Notes under the pieces: generated by a model | Seen by the model: the letters and a program-made list of their open reading frames with translations, nothing else | What the model was told of the DNA's origin: nothing | Databases searched by the model: none | Program-made: the position numbers and the translations under genes | Source: a virus | DNA length: 64,000 nucleotides | Reading direction: 5' to 3' (one strand) | IMG/VR virus record: IMGVR_UViG_3300009314_000003 | Location: 64,001 to 128,000 of that record | Shown: positions 18,601 to 26,700 of the stretch, piece by piece | Numbering within the stretch: position 1 is the stretch's first letter | Layout of the letters: the number at the start of each line of letters is the position of its first letter

Positions 18601-20563
18601 ACCCTCCGAGGGGGGTTCCCAGTTGTTTGGACCTATGGACGGCGGTCTGCAGAGAATAAGGTTCAAAGGCCTGGGAGTCAATGAAGCGATCATGCCGATG
18701 CATGTGGCTAAGGAGCAGGTAATTAGAATAGCTAAGCAGCACGGCGGTTCAATACCTAAACCCAAACTGGTGAGGGATTGGCTTATGGGCAAAACTGCCT
18801 CCCCCTTCCCAATCCACCGCGGTAAGCAGCCAATTATATATAGTGGTACCAGCTTGGCCAAGGTGTATGTAGTACCAGATGTTCTGTGGGAACTACATGG
18901 AGGGCTTGATATAGATGTCAAGAAACAGTCAAAGATGGGCAACTTACATGGCCTTGTCTATATAGATCCCGTGGCGGCTATATCAGACCTGGCTGACTGG
19001 GATGGTGATTTAGGGATGATGGTCTTCGCCGGCAATACCCCAAGTACAAGGGCCATACAAGCTGCGACCAATCGGACTGAGGAACTTGTGAAATATCTAA
19101 CCTGGAAGCAGAAGGTATCTGGTGATGCCCCGCTGGATAGGGTAACTGATGCCGTTACTGTCGACCTTGATCCGGAGAACTTTAAGAAGACCGGCAGGGT
19201 AACTTATATGGTACCTAATAAGAATTACAAGAAGGTAATTGATACAACTGCTACGTTGGACATTTTCCCTGTGAAAGACTTCTACGATCGCTCCAATCAT
19301 GATTTCACTGTTCTCAAGACATCTCTGATTGATGAATATATTACCAACGAATTGGTGACCGGCAGGCTTGGAAATATGCACAAGTACCTACAGTCACAGG
19401 TCCTTGGCAAACCATCTGTCTGGGAGCAGTTGTCACATGAACTCTCCGACAATAAGAAATTGGCTAAGTTTCTTAAGGAGGAAGGCATCTCTGCCTTAGA
19501 GGTACAGGAGGCTGTGCACTATATCCTTAATAAGGAGGCCAAATCGGGTATGAAATTTGCCACTGCTGTTGAGAAGTGGTCAGGAAACCTGGTTGAGGTA
19601 ATGACTGTCCAGAAGATCCTTGGGGGTGAACAGATTAGTGGATCCTCCGCAAGATTGAAGAAGGATCTTATCAATAAAATACTCAGCAGCAATCAAAGTC
19701 TGCTGAGTGGCTCAATTGTAGATGAATCTCAGGGTGTTGTGAATAGGCTGGCATTAATGCCGGAAAAGCCGGATGCATCCCTGATGCAATTTATCTCGCC
19801 CGACAAGATAAGCAGGTTAAGCGACGCAGATGTAAGGGATATGGCTAGGGTATCCAGGAAACTGACAGTGGATGTTGGCCTTATAATACTTGCCTCGCAA
19901 AAGGCAGCTGAATTCTTGAATAAACCGGATGCCTTCGGTGTTACCTATATAAAAAAGGCCCTGGACTCCTCCACAGCTGCAATACAGGGTAACATAGGAT
20001 TCCACTTCTCCCTTATGGCGGGGCTGGGGGCCTCGGCAAAGTGGGAGGACTTCGCCTCAGGTATATTTGGTAAGGACAATCTTGCCTACAGCCTAAGTGA
20101 ATTTCAGCGGGGTATGCCGATGTCCGGCCGCCGCACAATATTAGAATCCATTAAGACAGGTATACGTGAGCATGTAGGTGAAGAGGGTTACAGATCCCTA
20201 GGTAAGAGTGTGAAATGGGCAGGCCTCGCAGCCTTAGCCCTAATGGCCCTTGATCCTAATGCTAATAGTAAACTCCTAGGACCTACCCCCGGTGAGGGAG
20301 GTGAAAAATATGATCTCCCAACCATCCAATCCATCTTGGATGTGTATAAGCAGAAGAAGCCAAGGCTGCTCGAGCCCAGTGCTACTATGATGGATAAGTT
20401 GGCTACACTGACAGGGCTGCCAATAGAGTCCTTGCCACAACTAAAACAAGGGAGGAATCTTCCTCCACGACCGAGTATACGCTACAATAATAGAAGGAAG
20501 AAATACAGCCGTCATAATATCGGACAATACATCCGTGATGGAAACGGAGTACTACTGACCTAA
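12659..20563 (+). CDS. Putative single-chain two-barrel (beta+beta'-like) RNA polymerase with N-terminal DEDDh 3'-5' exonuclease domain, likely virion-associated
   Basis: Exonuclease motifs ILVFDTE (14438), [20 protein letters not shown] (15191). Beta-like [16 protein letters not shown] (15857-15902) and [14 protein letters not shown] (16343-16384). Beta'-like [13 protein letters not shown], RGKQP and [15 protein letters not shown] (18965-19009). Overlaps the end of the upstream gene. Confidence 0.78.
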   Translation: [2634 protein letters not shown]

Positions 20564-20565
20564 TT

Positions 20566-20751
20566 ATGCATATTACTATAGAGGTTGACCTAAATAATAT
20601 TCCCTATGATGTTGATGTCACTGAGATTATTGGCTATCTACAATCATATCTTCAAGAGACATACCAGGTTGATGTGAATATGATGGTGGATGACTACGAC
20701 TTCGTCAATAAGATTGACCTGGGCCGGCAGATGAAGGCTATGAAGCGTTAA
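20566..20751 (+). CDS. Small hypothetical protein (61 aa)
   Basis: Fills the gap exactly; starts 2 nt after the upstream stop and has a TAATG overlap with the next gene. Confidence 0.65.
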   Translation: MHITIEVDLNNIPYDVDVTEIIGYLQSYLQETYQVDVNMMVDDYDFVNKIDLGRQMKAMKR

Positions 20752-23700
20752 TGTCTATTTACAACACCACTGACAGAATCAACTATCTCTCAACCGTTGA
20801 GCGCATCTCCAAGGAAAACGGCATTGATCCTGACTTTGTAGATGCCATGATAGGTGCAGAGTGCTCCTGGGACCTCAATTTGGCTGGCGGGACAGGCGCA
20901 CTTGGATTAATGCAACTTATTTCGGACAGCAGTATTGTGGAGATTATACAATGGCGGGAATCTCAATTCCATGGACAAGATCTGAAGGAATTAACAACCA
21001 AAGCAGGAGAAGATCCAGAAATCAATATTCGGATTGGTATTGACTATTTGAGGTATATTGACCTTCACCCCAGCACTTATGTCAGACCGAATGCTGCTCT
21101 CCTCGCCGCATCATATAATCAGGGTTGGCCCACTGTGGGGGACGCCGGCTGGACGGTCCCTACAGATGCTCAGGTCTACGTAAATAATATTCAAAAGCAG
21201 ATGCGTGTCTTGAAGAATAACAGTAGCTTCCTGCTGGCTGAGTATTATCCCATCGAGCTTGAGGACACCTCCGCCGACGATCTCGAGAAGAAGAAGCTAT
21301 ACTACAAGATGAGCGACCCCAAGGAGTTGGGCCTCCTGGTTATTGGTGACCTGCAATTCACCGTCCCACCCACAGCCATTAACTTCTCCTCAGACAGTCA
21401 GGCCATCTCTATTCCCACCCTTCGCTCCTCAGGTGATCCAGTCATTACCAGCAACACAGCAGTACCAAGGGCCCAGGTGGTTCTTTACTTCACAGGTGTG
21501 AATGCAATTAATAGGGAACTGAGACCCCTTTACGCTATGTTCCATAAGGCACCCTTCACCACGGTGCAGAACAACACCCTCCACAAACTTATGGTAGGTA
21601 AGAAGCAGGAGCAGTTGATGAATACATCTACTAAAGATTTTTCCCCTATCCCTATTATGCTGGAAGGAATTACCCTACACACCGTTCCAGGATTTCCTGG
21701 TACGATACAGGCCAATGTCTCCCTGGCATTTATAAATCACTTCCCCCATGTATCGGAGATGAAGTTCTTCAAAAAGACAGAAGACGCCAAGGCCCAAGCC
21801 AGGTATATGACTTACCGAAGTAGTAAGGCCTACAACACCATCAACCTTAGGGAGGATGGTAACCTCACATACATTACAGCGGAGGGAACCCCTGGTACCG
21901 CAGGTAAACCAGCGGGTGGTAAAACTACTCTCTATCCCGGGGGTAGTTGGCCCTTCATACGTCACTACAGGGGTCTCCTAAGGGAGTTTAAGGAGTCATA
22001 CTTTGCTGATATGTCTAATAGGGTAGAACCTTGGTGTGAATATAATGCAACTTCTGCGCAAGGTATAAAAATCCAATACAATAGCATCTTAGTCTACGAC
22101 ACAATGGAGCAAAACCTACTACGCAACCTGCGAGGAATAAGTGACATGTTGCACCGCCTCAAGGTAATGAGGGCATTGGCCACCAAGGACATTGCCATTA
22201 ACGCGGCCACGGGAGGTGGGCCTAAGAGCGTACTTATTGATGGTAAAGAAGTAGACGTTCAACCGACTGATATTGGAATGTTTACCTTTGAAGGTAGAGG
22301 AGCAGAAATATTAGAAAAGTATTTTAGTTTCTGGGAGCATTATATCGATGCCTTCGCGGGTATAAGATATACACTTAATGAGCTGAGGACAGAGATTACA
22401 CAGGCTTATAACCAATTTAAAACGATAACGGAGGAAAAGGCAGAAGGCATCGAGGTTGATTTCACCTTCCTAAGTGATGACGACCAACTCACAAATAACA
22501 GTGAGGTGATTAAGAAGAGCCTGTTACAATATGTTTATCTCCTACGTAAGAGAAAAGAACTCGCCAGTGAGACGGGAATGGATGAGGAGAAAAGTAAGCT
22601 AAATATTGCAATAGATAAGTATCATAAACTCTATGAAGCTATGGGACAGCACTTTAATGATTCCGTTGAGGACTGGGCAAAGGAGGAAAAGGTTAATCCT
22701 AAGATAGTCCATCCCATCGAATTTACTCTGGGGTGGGATGATACACTTAGTCCCAAATACAATGAGAATGCACTAAAGGAGGCACTAGAGAAACAGAAGG
22801 ATACGGCGGTTCAGAAGGCTAAACTACGATATAATACTGTCGTCAACTCTATAGGTGTTTCGTATCAGAATAATATTACTCCTATTCCTATTCTCGCCTT
22901 CGAGAACCCAACTTTCCAACATATGGGAATATCTAACGCAGTGGTCACTATCAATCTCAAGACAAAAGACGAAGATCTCCTTGCCCGTTTGACTGATGTA
23001 AGGCAAAGTATAGCTCATATCTCACGTGCTGTTGCGTCCGGCGGCAATAACGACCTGGCTGATCTGGAGCTATCAAAAATCACCATCACTGATGGCCTAT
23101 TGAACTCCCTCGGCCTGAACGAATTTGCCCTCAGGGACCTGGATGTACGGAGTATCTCCGGCTCTCCGGGATGGTACGAGATTACTTTGGAGCTTGTACA
23201 AAATGAAATGGATCTTACTAAGTTTGAACAGTTAAGCAGTATTCCCTCCTACCAACTTCCGAGGGATGCAGTGGCAACCCTCTTTCCATCCAAGGATTTT
23301 GAGCCGTATGACTTTTTTGACTCGCTTAAGGAGGAATATAATAAGAAAAACAAAGCACTTCGTGAGCGTATAATGGATTACAGATTCTATACGTCAGAAG
23401 TATGCAGGAGGGTGATAAAGAAACATTATGCAAGGCCTACAGCGAAAGACGCATTTGGGGAATATGTACTTGGCTCGGAGTATGGAGTAAGTGTCGAGCT
23501 AATTAGAGAACTGCCGGGGGGTAACCCATATTACGAATTCATTATCGAGGTGTATAATATCGATACCGGGGTGAAAGATACCTCCAGGACAAAATTCTAC
23601 AGGAGTATGGTTGGGCCATTACTCAGACGAGCAACCATTATCTGCCAAATGGCCCGTGCCTTTGAGAATGAAAAGAATTACGAACTAGGTGTCGGGTCCT

Positions 23701-26700
23701 TAACTGTTCAACTTGAAGCTCATTACCTAAGATATATTAGCAGGGTTGCTAATGGTATTGATACCCTCCTAAAGCTTGATCCAGAGGTAGTATCCTTACC
23801 TGCTACTATTTTTGGAACGGAAGTTGCCGGGGTCGGTGATATTGAAATTAAGTTACAACAACCGGGGATAATAGACACTACCCTCGATCAGATGAGATTA
23901 AAGAGCCTTTACATTCTCTTAAGCCGAAAGGACTTCCGCGATTTCCTTGATTCCTGTGAGGATTTGAATATAAGTAGCTTCGATACACCAGGTTATTTTA
24001 CAAGCAGTACACCAGTAAGTAGCTTCGATACACCAGGTTATTTTAGTTATCTTACAAGCAGTATATTGGGGTTTGGACAACAATACCTTGTTGGACCAGA
24101 GCCTCCCACCACATATGATAAATACCTTACCAACGAGGAGGAAGATCATCTCACCAAGCTCGCGAAGAGTATAGGCAAATATTTCGAAGAGGCACACAAA
24201 ATGATCAAGGGTAATTACCCTGACCTGGATTTACCTCCGGACGTGCTTGAGGAGAATGGCCATTATATCTTTGGCCCGTCCTTCTATTTGAAGGCTAAAG
24301 GCAGTCTGCAAGAGGATGCTATGAAGAAGACGAGTGAGCTTTTATCAGGTTATCGCTTGTCTGTGGCTTTACAGCTTGCCATTATCCAGGGTCAGATTAC
24401 CAATAAAATGTTTATTGATAAACACAACAAGATAGGGGAACGTATAAATGACCTTCTCACTAAACTAAAGGTAGATGAGAAGGTGAAAGATATACTTAAG
24501 CTAGAGAATGTTAGGGATGAGTATGAGCAAATCAATAATGTGATTGGCGTTGAAACGGACACAGGTGGCAATATAACAAATGAAACTGTATTAGCCTATA
24601 AATCGCTAATAGATGCTGATTTACTAAAGGATATAGGTGTAATGGCCGCCGGACGTGTATTTGTTGATGAGAATGGGGTGGAGCGTGATATAACACCACA
24701 AATGACAAGTAGGCAATTCAGAAGACTTATAATACGCTCCGCGTGTTTTGAGTACGCTTACTTTATGAGTATACTTGAGGAAGCCTTGAACGAGAAGATA
24801 GGACTTAACGGATTGAAGATAGTATATTTTAATGCGGAGGGGGAAACAACCGAGGCTGGTAATGCGGTTAGTGCTGCAATCGGAGGGTCCGGTGTTAATA
24901 CAGAAATAAGTCTTGTCAAATTACTTGACAATACACTAAACTTCCAGAACAAGGGCCTCGCAAAAGGCGCCGGTGAATTACAGCGATATATAAGGATCAC
25001 CTCCGCTACCGATACCGATGGGGTTGATTTTGAAGGGGAAGCTATACAGAATATACTCATCAAACTTTATAATGATGCTGTACGCCTTATCAAGAATGAA
25101 AATCCTGAAGCGTTGATGAATTACTTTGGCTTCAGCGACCTCGGTTCTGCGAAGGAGCGTTATGAATTAGATAAGAAGTTAGCTAAGATTGTAGATACAT
25201 CCACCAACGGTACTATGGATAGGGCATTCCCAACATTTAAGCTTTTCTTCATTGAGGAGGATACACCGAACTGGCTCTTGTTTGATGATTTCTATACTTA
25301 TGACGCTGTTAACTCCATAGATGTTGTCGAGTCAAAGCACGCTGCTAGCTCGACCGCTGTTATTAAACTTTCTAACGTCACAAACAAACTCACGGGGGAT
25401 CCTTTTCAGGATATGTGGAAGGATTCTGATGTTCCCGCCACCTTGCCACGTATTCGCCTCAGGCCTGGCACACCAATCCTGCTTCGACTTGGCTACGGCC
25501 CTGATTATCGTCATCTTCCTGTTGTTTTTATGGGCACAATCACAGAGGTGAAGCCGGGGCCTGTGCTTGAGTTCACTGCCCAAAGCTGGGGAGCAGAACT
25601 AACAAATTCCGTTGGCTCTAATAAGGGAATGAAATTTGGTGCTTTGTCTCCTGAGAAAACTATTGGTAGTGTTGTGGTCAGTGTTTTAGACCAACTACCG
25701 GGGATGCATCACTTTGGCCGCTGGACAATGAAGGCGCTTGATGATGCAGACCCTAATATGATACCAAATTCCTTTTACAAGATGGCTCACTTTGCTAAGA
25801 GTGGACCGGCAAAGTGGTTAGCCGGCTGGGGATTGGATTTTGCTGGTGTAGATACGGATATGTATAAGAAACTAATCGGCGATATAACTTCTTCCCAGAA
25901 GGATTTAGAGAATCTTCTCTCAGGCAGAAGACCAGACCACCTAATGCTAAATATAGGTAATGAACTATATGATAATGTGTACCTGAACGGGATAAGGTCT
26001 TCGGGGTACGGATGGGCCAATTTCTTGGGAATAGGAAATTTAGATCACCTAAACAACAGAGGTAATTTTGACTGGGTTATATATAACCAGACAGGCTGGG
26101 ATGCTCTCTGGGAAGCTTGTCTACATCTGGGGGATTATATTGTACGGCCACTCCCTTATAATGAAGGAACTAATATGCTTCAACAACCCCCGAGGATGAC
26201 CCTTTACATTGGCCCGCGTGAGGGATACTACCAACACTCTGACCAGATGTTGTCAAACATGTCTTTAACTGACCAAATTACTGAGGCGATGGAGAAGGAA
26301 CTTAAGGAATTGTTAGATGGGAGTAATAATGGCCCTACTACTACTACAGTTGAACAATTATTTAAGGAGGAACTCCTTGCCCACGCGGCTGAATTATTTG
26401 AGGGGTATACCAGCCCAGGTATTATGGTAGGCATCTACTGGTTAGCAAAACAAGTGCTTTTGGATATGCACCCCGTAGCTCCATGTATTACCACAAGAGC
26501 TCTTGACATACTGGAAGAGATATTTCCATCTATGCGTAGGGGGCAGCATGCAGGTGTAAAAGTAGGAGGTTTTACAACGTCTGATAGGGCCGGAGTTTGG
26601 CGAATCCTTTGTGTTCTCTTAACGGGTAATCTTGAGGAAACTACTTTTACTGGTATGATTAACAAATACCGACCACAGTCTTTGAAGAAGTTTACTCAGA

